In this document: positions 10,763 through 20,706 of the stretch, in pieces
Layout: each line of letters opens with the position of its first letter
How positions within the stretch are numbered: the stretch's first letter is position 1
Assembly (NCBI RefSeq): GCF_000143415.4
Contig: NW_003314287.1
Span: 580,203 to 644,202, forward strand
Direction: 5' to 3'
Length of the DNA stretch: 64,000 nucleotides
From: Selaginella moellendorffii
Lineage: Eukaryota; Plantae; Lycopodiophyta
Notes under the pieces: model-generated
Databases searched by the model: none
Seen by the model: the letters and a program-made list of their open reading frames with translations, nothing else
Told to the model about the DNA's origin: nothing
Translations under genes and position numbers: made by a program

Positions 10763-11905
10763 ATGGCCGCCCCAAGGGAATGGATCCTCGCTCTCGTCCT
10801 GCTCATAATCGTCAATCTCTCCCTCAAAGGTATGAATCGAAAGAACGTACCACCTTGAGATTCTCTAAAGCGCTCCTCCATTCCAGCGTCCTCCACCAGC
10901 AGCATCGGCGTCAACTACGGAAGAATGAGCGATAATCTCCCATCCCCAGCCCAGGCAGCACAGCTCCTGATCCAGCACGGGATCACGAAGGTAAAGCTCT
11001 ACGACGCTGATCCATCGGTGATCTCCGCCTTCGCCAGCACTGGAATCCAGATCGCCGTATCGATGTACAACGAAGTAATCTGGCAGCTGGCCTCGAGCCA
11101 AGAACAAGCCGATAGCTGGCTCGCCTCTGCGATTCTCCCTCACCTGGCGGCTAACGCAAGCATTGAGATGATCCTGCTCGGCAACGAGGTACTCACCCGC
11201 GCAGATCCAGCGCTGGCGCCCCAGCTCGTCCCGGCAATGCGAAATCTCCACAAAACCCTAGTCACCAGGGGCCTGGATTCCAGAATCAAGCTGACAACGA
11301 GCCACGCGATGGACGTCCTGGATTTCTCGCGCTCTTTCCCGCCCTCGGCTGGTATATTCCGCCCCGGAATGGAGGAGACGATGAAGCCCCTCTTGGACTT
11401 CCTGGCGGAGACCTCCTCGCCGTTCCTGATCGATGCTTACCCCTATTTCGCGTACAGGGACGACAAGGGGGAGCATATCGATCTGGAGTTTGCGCTTCTC
11501 GACCCCAACTCATCTGGGACCACGGATTGGATCACTGGATTGCACTACCCGACGATGCTCGACGCCCAGGTGGACACAATCTATGCCGCGATGGGCAGGC
11601 TGGGCTATGGCAACGGCGAGGTTCGTGTCATTGTTGGCGAGACTGGGTGGCCATCGGCAGGCGACGAGAGGAATTTCGGGGCTGGGATGGAGAATGCGAG
11701 GAAATTCGTGCAAAATCTCGTACGTAGGCAGCAGCAGGGACTAGGAACGCCATTGCATCCAGAAGTTTCCATTGAATCATACATCTTTGCGCTGTTCAAT
11801 GAGGATTTGAAGCAGGGGAGCACAGCAGAGCGCAACTTTGGCCTCTTCTATCCCAACATGACACAAGTGTATAGCGTAGAGTTTTCTTTAAACATGTTTA
11901 AATAA
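10763..11905 (+). CDS. Glucan endo-1,3-beta-glucosidase (GH17); exons 10763-10829 and 10887-11905
   Basis: Signal-peptide exon MAAPREWILALVLLIIVNLSLK; 57-nt phase-1 intron; IGVNYG..DNLP, GNEV, DAYPYFAY, GETGWPS, YIFALFNEDLK, ERNFGLF. No X8 domain or GPI tail. Confidence 0.95.
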
Positions 11906-11909
11906 ACTG

Positions 11910-12083
11910 TGTGAGGGCCAAGTGTACGGCTATGATGCTGTATATTAATATTAGCATAATGGATTTTGGTAGCCGTCGGATTGGTTTCAATCCGGACCAC
12001 TCGCTCTTGTATATAAGTTAGGGTTTTTGGGCTAATTGATATGCACATTTCTGTATTCCCTTTCCATATTTCATGCACTCACA
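11910..12083 (+). repeat. 5' LTR of Gypsy element
   Basis: Differs from 16749-16922 at 9 of 174 positions, all transitions; contains TATATAA. Confidence 0.97.
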
Positions 12084-12084
12084 T

Positions 12085-12100
12085 TGGTGGAGATGAGGGG
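12085..12100 (+). promoter_or_regulatory. Primer binding site complementary to tRNA-Ala 3' end
   Basis: TGGTGGAGATGAGGGG starts 1 nt after the LTR and matches the reverse complement of the tRNA-Ala 3' end (...CCCCGCATCTCCACCA) with one mismatch. Confidence 0.8.
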
Positions 12101-12316
12101 CATCTTTGATTGTCTCTGGGGAGTGCTTGGATTTGGGATTTCGGTTTAGATCTAGCTTTTGCATTGTCTAGATCTAGCTTTTTCCATTTCCTTTCTTTTG
12201 TTCTTTCCTTTCAGGATTTTGGTTTAGATTTAGCTTTTTGCATTGTCTAGATCTACCATTTCTTTCCAGCTTTTTGTCATTTCTCTTCTTTTGCTCTTTC
12301 TTTCTCATTCATTTTC

Positions 12317-13249
12317 ATGGCCGATCCGCAATCTCCTCCTTTGACTCTAGAGCAGCAGTTGGTTCAATTGCTTGATGCTATGCGCTTGCAATTGAACAAC
12401 CAAACTCAGTTGATGGCGGCGTTCACGGCACATGGTACAACTCCTCCTGCTTTTGGTGCCAATCCTCGCGTTCGGCCGGAGTTCTTTCATGGGAATCTTG
12501 GGGATGATGTGTACCATTGGTTCGATCACTTCACGGTGATTGCCACATATCATTCTTGGGATGATGCTCGACGTTTGCGTGAGTTCCCCACATGTCTTCA
12601 AGGGACGGCATTGCAGTGGTACAATGGATTGAGCGTAGCTACTCGTGGCGATTGGAGTGTTCTTCCGGACGTCTTCAAACGCGCCTTCGGACACGCCGAC
12701 GATTGTGATGATGCCTTCCAACAATTGCATCGTCTTCGCCAAGGGCCATCTGAGTCGGTGATGCAATTTGGCATTCGTTTCCGAAGTCTTTTGCTTCGTG
12801 CAGAGCCAAATATGTCGGAGCGGATCAAGCTAGGTATGCTGTGGCTAGCACTTCGTCAAGATCTTGTCGGACTTGTGCATGCACTTGCTCCTGCCACTCT
12901 TGACGATGCTCTTCGCTTGGCACAACGTTATGAGACATCGCCTCTTCCACTTCTTGCTACACGTCCTTTAGCTCCACTTCCTATGAGTGATGGTCCTGTT
13001 CCCATGGAGGTTGATGCTGCTGCTACTCGAGTCCAAGGACAAGGGCGAGGACGTGGTCGTGGCCGTGACGTTCGTTGCTGGGCGTGTGATGAAGTTGGTC
13101 ATACTTATCGGCGTTGTCGGCGCTTTCCGGATTGGCGACCTCCATTTCCTGGGTGGAGACCTTGGCGTCAGCAACGTCCCGTTGGTGCTGCTGCGGTGGA
13201 AGGTTTGGATACCGAGGTGCATTCGGGAAACGAGGAGTCGCGCGAGTAA
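12317..13249 (+). CDS. gag: Retrotransposon Gag
   Basis: 310 aa; PEFFHG, LQGTALQWY, LRQGPSESV, DGPVPMEVD and zinc knuckle CWACDEVGHTYRRC (CX2CX4HX4C). Confidence 0.93.
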   Translation: MADPQSPPLTLEQQLVQLLDAMRLQLNNQTQLMAAFTAHGTTPPAFGANPRVRPEFFHGNLGDDVYHWFDHFTVIATYHSWDDARRLREFPTCLQGTALQWYNGLSVATRGDWSVLPDVFKRAFGHADDCDDAFQQLHRLRQGPSESVMQFGIRFRSLLLRAEPNMSERIKLGMLWLALRQDLVGLVHALAPATLDDALRLAQRYETSPLPLLATRPLAPLPMSDGPVPMEVDAAATRVQGQGRGRGRGRDVRCWACDEVGHTYRRCRRFPDWRPPFPGWRPWRQQRPVGAAAVEGLDTEVHSGNEESRE

Positions 13250-13288
13250 TGGAGGGACCTTGCGCGAATAAGTTAGTGACCCTTCCAT
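13225..13288 (+). promoter_or_regulatory. -1 programmed ribosomal frameshift signal (slippery heptamer plus H-type pseudoknot)
   Basis: G GGA AAC at 13225-13231 in the gag frame; 6-nt spacer; stem 1 13238-13246 with 13259-13267; stem 2 13249-13256 with 13281-13288; pol is in the -1 frame. Confidence 0.85.
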
Positions 13289-16200
13289 CTTTCTTTCGGG
13301 AGTATCATCAAGGGGTTCACTCGGCACCGGTTCATCCAGTGTTTACTTTCCAAGCTCGTTTTTATAACAAGAGGTCTCCTATTCTTCTCTCCGTGTTGGT
13401 TGATATAGGTTCGAGTTTATCTTCTATTGCTCGACCTGTTGCCACATGTTGTCGTCTACACTTGCGTCGTGCGGCGGATCCAATTTTCATTCTTTATGGC
13501 AACGGCCGTACACATGCATGTGCACGAGATGAGGCGGACCTGGTTGTGCGTGTGGGTGATCTCGAGCTTGAGTTGCAGTCGTTGCGGGTGGTGCCGAGTC
13601 AAGCTTTTGACCTCATTCTTGGTATGGATTGGTTGCAGCACAATCATGCCAAGTGTGACTTTGAGGCTTTTCCCCCTTGTCTCATACTTCCTTATGTTTC
13701 ATCCATTCCTCTCACTTCCGTACCTCTTCGTCCCTCTACTTCTACCTTTGCTTCCATTACTTTTGTTCCCCCATTATTTCCTCTTGTGTTTCCATCTTGT
13801 TCTGCTCTTCCCTTTTCCGATCCCTCCGATGATCTTTGTGTTGCAGCTGTTGACCAACTCATGAAGGAGTATTCTGATCTCTTTGAATTTGACCTATCGT
13901 CTGGGGCCAAGATTGCCACACGTCATCCCATTCCAACCGGGGATGCTCGTCCAATCAAGGTTCCTGTTCGTCGTCGGTCACCCAAGGAGATCAAGATTTT
14001 ACGTGCAAATGTCAAGGAGATGTTGGAGAAGGGTGTTATTCGGAAGTCACGGAGTCCTTGGGCATGTGAACCTCATCTTGTGATGAAGCCTGATGGGAGT
14101 ATTCGTTTCTGCATCGACTATCGTCCGTTAAATGAAGTGACGATCCCGGACGTGTACCCTCTTCTTCCTCACACTGCTGATCTCTTAGATCGTCTGGGGC
14201 GAAGTCGTTGGTTCACCAAGCTAGATCTTGCTTCTGGGTATTGGCAAGTACCGATGGCTGAAGACGATATTCCTAAGACTGCTTTTCATACACTATTTGG
14301 TTTGTACGAGTTTTTGGTGATGCCGTTTGGTTTGAACAATGCTCCAGCAACTTTTCAGCGGATGATGGACGAGGTTCTTTGCGATATGCTGGAGGTGACG
14401 GCTGACTTCATTGATGATGTCTTGATCCACTCGGAGGGGACGTGGGAGGAGCATGTTCGTGATGTTTGTAAAGTGTTGGATCGGCTACACGACGTTGGTT
14501 TAAAGCTGAAGCGGTCGAAGTGCGTGTTTGGGTCCAAGGACACAACTTATCTTGGGTACCGTATTTCTCGTGAGGGTTTGCAAGTTGATCCTGACAAACT
14601 TGTGGCTGTTCTAAAGTTCCCTACTCCGAAGTGTGTGAATGATGTGCAGCATTTTTTGGGTAAGGTGCAGTATCTCGGTCGTTTTGTGGATCATCTTTCC
14701 AATCGCACTATACCATTGCGAGCGTTGCTGAAGTCATCAACGTCATCTTTCATCTGGTCTCCCGATTGTGAGCGGGCGTTTGTGAATCTCAAAGAGCTAT
14801 TGACGACTCCTCCGATTTTGGCATATCCTGACTACACTCGACCTTTTATTTTGCGCGTGGATGCTTCTGACATTGATCTTGGAGGTGTGTTGATGCAAGA
14901 GAGCTCGAGTGTGCCTGGTCAGCGCCATCCCATTGCATACATAAGCCGTACATTACAACCAGCGGAGATGAACTACTCCACAACGTAGAAGGAGTGTTTA
15001 GCAGCAGTCTGGGGTTTCGAGAAACTTCATGCCTATCTACATGGTTCTCGGACGTTACTTGAAGGTGACCATGCTGCTGTTACTTCATTATTGAAGCGGA
15101 AGAACCTGGTTAGTCGTAATGCTCGATGGGCTTTGAAGCTTCAGATATATGATTTCGATGTTGTTCATCGCCTAGGGAGTTCTATGGCTGATGCTAATGC
15201 CCTTTCTCGAGCTCCTCTTCCTTCTCCACTCACTTCTCATGTTTCTGACGAACCTGTTGTTCCAACATCTGTGGATTTTCTAGATGAGGATTCTGTGCCG
15301 TCGGCGGTTGCTGTCCTTGACGTTCAGTGTCCACAGGGCGTAGAGCAAGATCTACCTTCTCTGGATGAGGTTCGCGAGGCTCAAAAGATTGAGCCGTGGA
15401 TTCGAAGGCTTCGAGATGGGTTTGAGAATCCTGCATCACTTGCTGATGACTTGCCTTTTCGGCATTTACATTCTCAATATCGCCTTGAAGATGGCTTTCT
15501 TTATTTTGTGGGGACGGATCCTGATGCTCATTTACGGCTGGTGGTGCCTTCGGTGTTTATTCCGCGGTTTCTCCATGCCTACCATGATTCTCCTATTCTA
15601 GGTGGGCATATGGGACACTGTCGTGTCACCGAGAAGCTGCGCAGATCTTTCTATTGGCCAGAGATGCGACGTGATATTATCCGGTATGTGCGTAGCTGCG
15701 TTTGGTGCCAAGCTCGTAATACTCCCCCTTGTGCTGCGGAAGGACGGTTGGAGTCAATTGCAGTTTCTCGTCCGTTTGAGTTGGTGGCGTTTGATCTTAT
15801 GGGACCTTTTCCGCGATCGACTACTGGCAATGAGTATGTTATTATTGCTTCTGACTACTTGACTCGTTGGGTGGAAGTTGGTGCTCTTGCTAGTGCCTCT
15901 GCAACTGCTGTTGGATACTTCCTCCTCAATCGAGTGGTGTTCTAGCATTTTTGTCCAGAACGGATTCTTTCGGATAATGGTCCTGCATTTATGGCTGAGG
16001 TATTTCATGTTTTGACATCTCGGTTGGGGATACGCCACACTTTTACGAGTGCTTATCATCCACAATCAGACGGTCTGGTGGAACGGCTCGTTCGGACATT
16101 CAAAGGGATGATTGCGAAGTATGTGAACTTTCAACATTCGGATTGGGATGGTTATTTGCCGTCTCTTCGGTATGCTTATGTCACAGGGGTGTAGAGTTCT

Positions 16201-16716
16201 GTTGGTGCTTCACCATATAAACTTCTATATGGTCATGATCCAATATTACCAACAGAGCTGGGGTTACCTTCGCGATTGCCATGAGCTCCTGATGCTAGGT
16301 CATGGGATCAATATTTGACAAGCATTCTTCCACTTGTCCGAGCAGAGTCTGTTGAACACTTAGGCCGTGTACAAGTGGGACAACAACAACGCTACAATTC
16401 CCATCATCGTCCACCAGCGGAGTACAAAGTGGATGATTTAGTGTTAGTCCGTTTTCCCCATCTTACGGTACGTGGTTTATCTAAGGGGCTCCTTGCGCAG
16501 TGGAAAGGACCGTATCGGGTGTTGCGGCAAGTTGGACCACAAGTTTATGAGGTTCGGCATGACGTTCAGCAGGCCGATCCTCCGGAGATTGTGCATGTGC
16601 AGCGGTTAAAACGCTTCATACAAAGGGATCAAGAGCAGTTAATACCGTCTACAGATCCACCGATGCCTCCTCCTGACGTTCCTCCAGATCCCGGCCCATC
16701 TACAAGAGAACCCTGA
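13229..16716 (+). pseudogene. pol: Pol (protease, RT, RNase H, integrase) in one frame, broken by in-frame stops
   Basis: Protease LVDIGS (catalytic DT/SG altered); RT CIDYRPLN, LDLASGYWQV, MPFGL, FIDD; RNase H DAS; integrase HHCC, D..D..E and GPY. Stops at about 14986, 15943, 16192 and 16282. Confidence 0.93.
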
Positions 16717-16748
16717 CGGCCTTCCATTATTCCGAGAGGAGGGGATGA

Positions 16749-16922
16749 TGTGAGGGCCAAGTGTACGGCTACGATGCCGTATACTAATATTAGCATAGTG
16801 GATTTTGGTAGCCATCGGATTGGTTTCAATCCGGACCATTCGCTCCTGTATATAAGCTAGGGTTTTTGGGCTAATTGATATGCACATTTCTGTATTCCCT
16901 TTCCATATTCCATGCACTCACA
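16749..16922 (+). repeat. 3' LTR of Gypsy element, preceded by PPT GAGAGGAGGGGA
   Basis: Direct repeat of 11910-12083; purine tract at 16734-16745. Confidence 0.97.
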
Positions 16923-17715
16923 ACTGGTAATGAATATTCTTAATATATCCTTATAAAAGATAAACTGACTAAGATAAATAATATCATTTTAAAATTCTAA
17001 TGAACTAAAATTACAATAATATATAACACTGTTCAAAACAAAAGACTAAGTTTTAATATAGCTAATTTTTTGTAAAAGAAATTAGTTACCTTTTTATTTT
17101 TTCTTAGAAATATTATTTAGTTTTCATTGATTTATAATTTCAAAATCAAGAATTTATTTTTAAAGTTTTAAATTTTGAATTTTCAAGTTTTTTACTGTAC
17201 CTAACAACAAAAACTTTTAATCTTTTACTTGTTAAATACAATAAAAAATAAATTGAAAATTAAAATTTTTCAACTTTTAAAACTAAAATATTAAAAATTT
17301 TAGTTGTTGAAAAAAACACTATTTTAAATTCTTCTTATCTACCCTATTTTTACCATATAAAATAATCAAATTATCTATGCAAACAAAATTATTTAGACAT
17401 AGTGCTTTCTTACAAAACTTGCATTTTAATTTTAAAGGATTATAATTTATTTTTTTCTTGAGAAACATAATTAAAGTTTATGCAATTTATTACAAATTTT
17501 AAATTCACTATATTTATCTAAGTGTTATTATGTTTTACATAACATATTCCTCTTTAAAACCCTCAACACCTTAACTTTTGATATTTACATTTTTTTAAAA
17601 CATTATAATAAAAATTAAATATATTTCAATTATGATTATGTGAGTTGTTATTTATTTTTTCCTTAAAAAGGGAAATAGGTTTTTGCTATGTTTAGCTGAA
17701 CATCAAGAAGTATAT

Positions 17716-18782
17716 TGTAAGCGACTAAATTTTCCATTCTACTTTAGTCATTTAACCGCACCTCCGACCAGTTGGAGGAGTCTCATTCACAACCTCCATA
17801 AGTCCAAATCAGGACTTGGGACTTGCTAGCCCCGAGAATGGCATCCATGCCACTCAACATTTGCACTTGGTCCAAGTGCTCCACGTGTCCAATCCCATGA
17901 CCGACACTCAAAGGTACCACCGACATGGCAGCCTGTTACGCTAAGGCCATGCCCAATTACCTTTGCTACACTGGTAGTCCAATACCACTTGCATCACAGT
18001 CTTGGCTCTCCAAGACTAGGCAAACCATCTGTGAATGGTCATCTCAGATCCACTCCTTAGCATCCTTAGAAGGCCCACTGACAAGGGGAATAGCCTTCCC
18101 CAACATCCCTCTGTCAGTCCTCATTAAGTCCCTTTCTGCCCCTGGCCTTGTTTGCCAACACTGCCACTGGATCGAAGCCCATAAGCCTGACCACTAAGTC
18201 CCACGGTCCTCTAGGACTTCCTCACCACACGACTGTGTCCTTGGTCATTACCCCAGAGGACTACTTCTCTTCCTTTCCACAGTCTGAGCCTTTGGGACAA
18301 CATTTCGGACACCGTGGCCTTACACGAACCACCTGGGTACTCTCCCCGCCTTCCGCCCTTGGGTGCTCTAGCCATGGGCTTAGAGCGAGGTTCCGTTGAG
18401 CCACGCCTGGTATCCAAGTAGGTAGTGCCACCCACACTTGGATTGGGAGCATCGGCCAATCGATATCCCGAGGGAACTAAAGTCGGTTTTTAAACACTTC
18501 ACCAAGCTACCCCACTTGTCAGTCTGTGTTCACTATAGTCTTGGACTTCCCAGTGGGCAGCTCATCACCCAACACTGGGTCTGGCCTTCCTGGGCCAAAC
18601 TGGCCTTTCCTGGCCAAACTGGCTCCACTGGGCTCCAACCCCCACACTCTCCATACTATACTTTTGGAACCCCCCGCCCCCCCCCCCCCCCCCCTAGGGG
18701 ACGATCGCTTTGGGCTTTCACCCAACTGCCTGTATTAGTATTCAGACTCGGACTCGGACTCGGTCCCGGATTCAGACTCAGA

Positions 18783-18825
<43 letters not shown>

Positions 18826-19384
18826 CCGGTCTCAGTTCCATCTCGGACTCCATCTCGAGTCCATCTCGGACTCCATATCAGACTTCACTTCGGGTCCGTA
18901 TCGGACTCCATCTCGGACTCCATCTCAGACTCCATCTCGGACTCCATCTCAGACTCCATCTCGGACTCTATATCAGACTCCACTTTGGGTCCATCTCGGA
19001 CTCCGTCTTGGTCCATCTCGGACTCCATCTCGGGTCCATCTCAAACTCCATCTCAGACTCCATCTCAGACTCCATCTCAGACTCCATCTCAGGTCCATTT
19101 TGGACTCTTTCTCGGTCCATCTTGGACTCCATCTCGGGTCCATCTCGAACTCCATCTTGGACTCCATCTCGAACTCCGTCTCGGGTCCCTTTTTAGAGCC
19201 TCGGTTATGGCTCGCTTCGTGCTCCTTCCTCAAGCACTTTGTTGGGAGTTCCACTCCCGCTCTCGACCTTTCAAGTCGGAGCTTTTAGTCCAAACGTGTT
19301 ACGCTCGTTTGGCTTTCGCTTTGGCCACTACCACATGGCACCCTTCCGGCTCCACTTTGGGGTCTAGGGATTTTGTGTCTCACA
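17716..19384 (-). mobile_element. Solo LTR (1669 bp) of the satellite-LTR non-autonomous family
   Basis: TG...CA termini; 5-bp TSD TATAT (17711-17715 and 19385-19389); colinear with the LTRs at 51289 and 57030. Strand is inferred from the PBS of the full copy. Confidence 0.93.
18743..19190. repeat. 6/12-bp minisatellite (GGACTC/GGTCTC, CTCGGACTCCAT) inside the LTR
   Basis: Directly visible tandem array; the same array occurs at about 52290-52820 and 58030-58585, and inverted and degenerate at about 48540-48845. Confidence 0.95.
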
Positions 19385-20706
19385 TATATATTTGTGATTT
19401 TATAGGTGAATGAATGCTGATTATTATCATCACTTTTATTTTAATTATCAATTTTATAATGTTTTAATCACTTTTAACTATATTTATCAACTCTTTTACC
19501 ACTAATTTTACTAGAAACCTATTTTTATTATTTTTCTAAAATTGATAAAGTTTTCTAAAATTAATTTTATTTTATGATTTTAGTTTGAAAATATCTTTTA
19601 TTTTCTTTTTAGATTTCAAACATAAAGGAAAGTTCTCAATATACATTTTTTGCTTAAAACTATATTTTACATTTCTTAGAAACCTTTAAACTTAAATGTT
19701 TAATTAAAATTAACCATAGAATAGAAAGAATGTTCTTTGTCAAATATGATTAAATAACACATGAACAATTATATATGGTTATATAAGAAAAATAATTATA
19801 TGTTTCATTATATGTTATTAAAGTTAACATTTTTATTGTAATATTATATATATTATTTCTATATTTATAAATAAATATTATTTCTTGAATTTTTTTCATC
19901 TTTGGTTAGTTTTATTCACCCAACCACAAGAAAAATCATTTATTGATACTGTGCAACATCTTGCAAAAAGATTTAATATGAAAAGAATTAAAATAAAGGT
20001 GTTAAAGGGTTTTGAGACACAATCTTAAAAATATTATTATTTGTGACATAATGTATAAAGTATTAAATTAAAATTAAATTTTATTATAGAGTGTATAAAC
20101 AATTGTAACCTCCATGAATCAACAGAAGTTAAAATGTTATCTTTATCAATAACACCAAATAATGTTTTTGTGCTAGAATCCACTTTCACCTTCTTTTCAG
20201 AAGAGGATAAGTAATTTTAAATGACATTGTGTGAATTTCACTGATATTTCTTTTTGCCATAAAAAATTGAGAATTTTAATTGTTAAAAAGGACATTATTT
20301 CTTGAATTTTTTTTCCATCTTTCCAAATCACTAATTATCATTTGTGTCAAAAAACAATTCCCAATTATGCTAAAATGTGCATAAGAAATTTTTCTCAAAA
20401 TTCTGGAGTCTATGTGACATCCTCTTCATGCTTCCTCTAACAACAATGTCAGCATGGTAGACAAGGAGTGATCAAACTGGTTATAGATCAATATATACTC
20501 ATTGTGTTTAAACGAAATCTACAAATTAGAAGTGGGAATGCTTGCAGCATTTGCCCCCTTTGGGCAAATTCTACAGTGGTGCATACTTTTAAGGCATTTG
20601 CCATGAGCTTTAACCCCCAGAGATGCAACCATCAACAATATGGCCTGAGTGCCATGCAAATGCACACAAGGTAAAACACAAAGAAGTTACCCCACGTGGC
20701 CCACAG

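Larger units (their letters stand above)
11910..16922 (+). mobile_element. Full-length Ty3/Gypsy LTR retrotransposon (5013 bp), non-chromovirus type, now defective
   Basis: 174-bp LTRs (11910-12083 and 16749-16922) with TGTGAG...CTCACA termini; 4-bp TSD ACTG (11906-11909 and 16923-16926); PBS after the 5' LTR; PPT before the 3' LTR; domain order gag-PR-RT-RH-INT. Confidence 0.97.

Noticed and set aside
14986-16284. Programmed stop read-through or U-to-C editing of the pol stops
   Set aside because: Four scattered stops plus a mutated protease site fit mutational decay; PPR editing is organellar.
18670-18694. Poly-C tract as a functional G-quadruplex
   Set aside because: Expanded only in the solo LTR (about 6 C in the other copies); likely slippage.
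18743-19190. Repeat array as a possible CRISPR
   Set aside because: Contiguous short tandem units with no unique spacers and no cas genes; eukaryotic context.
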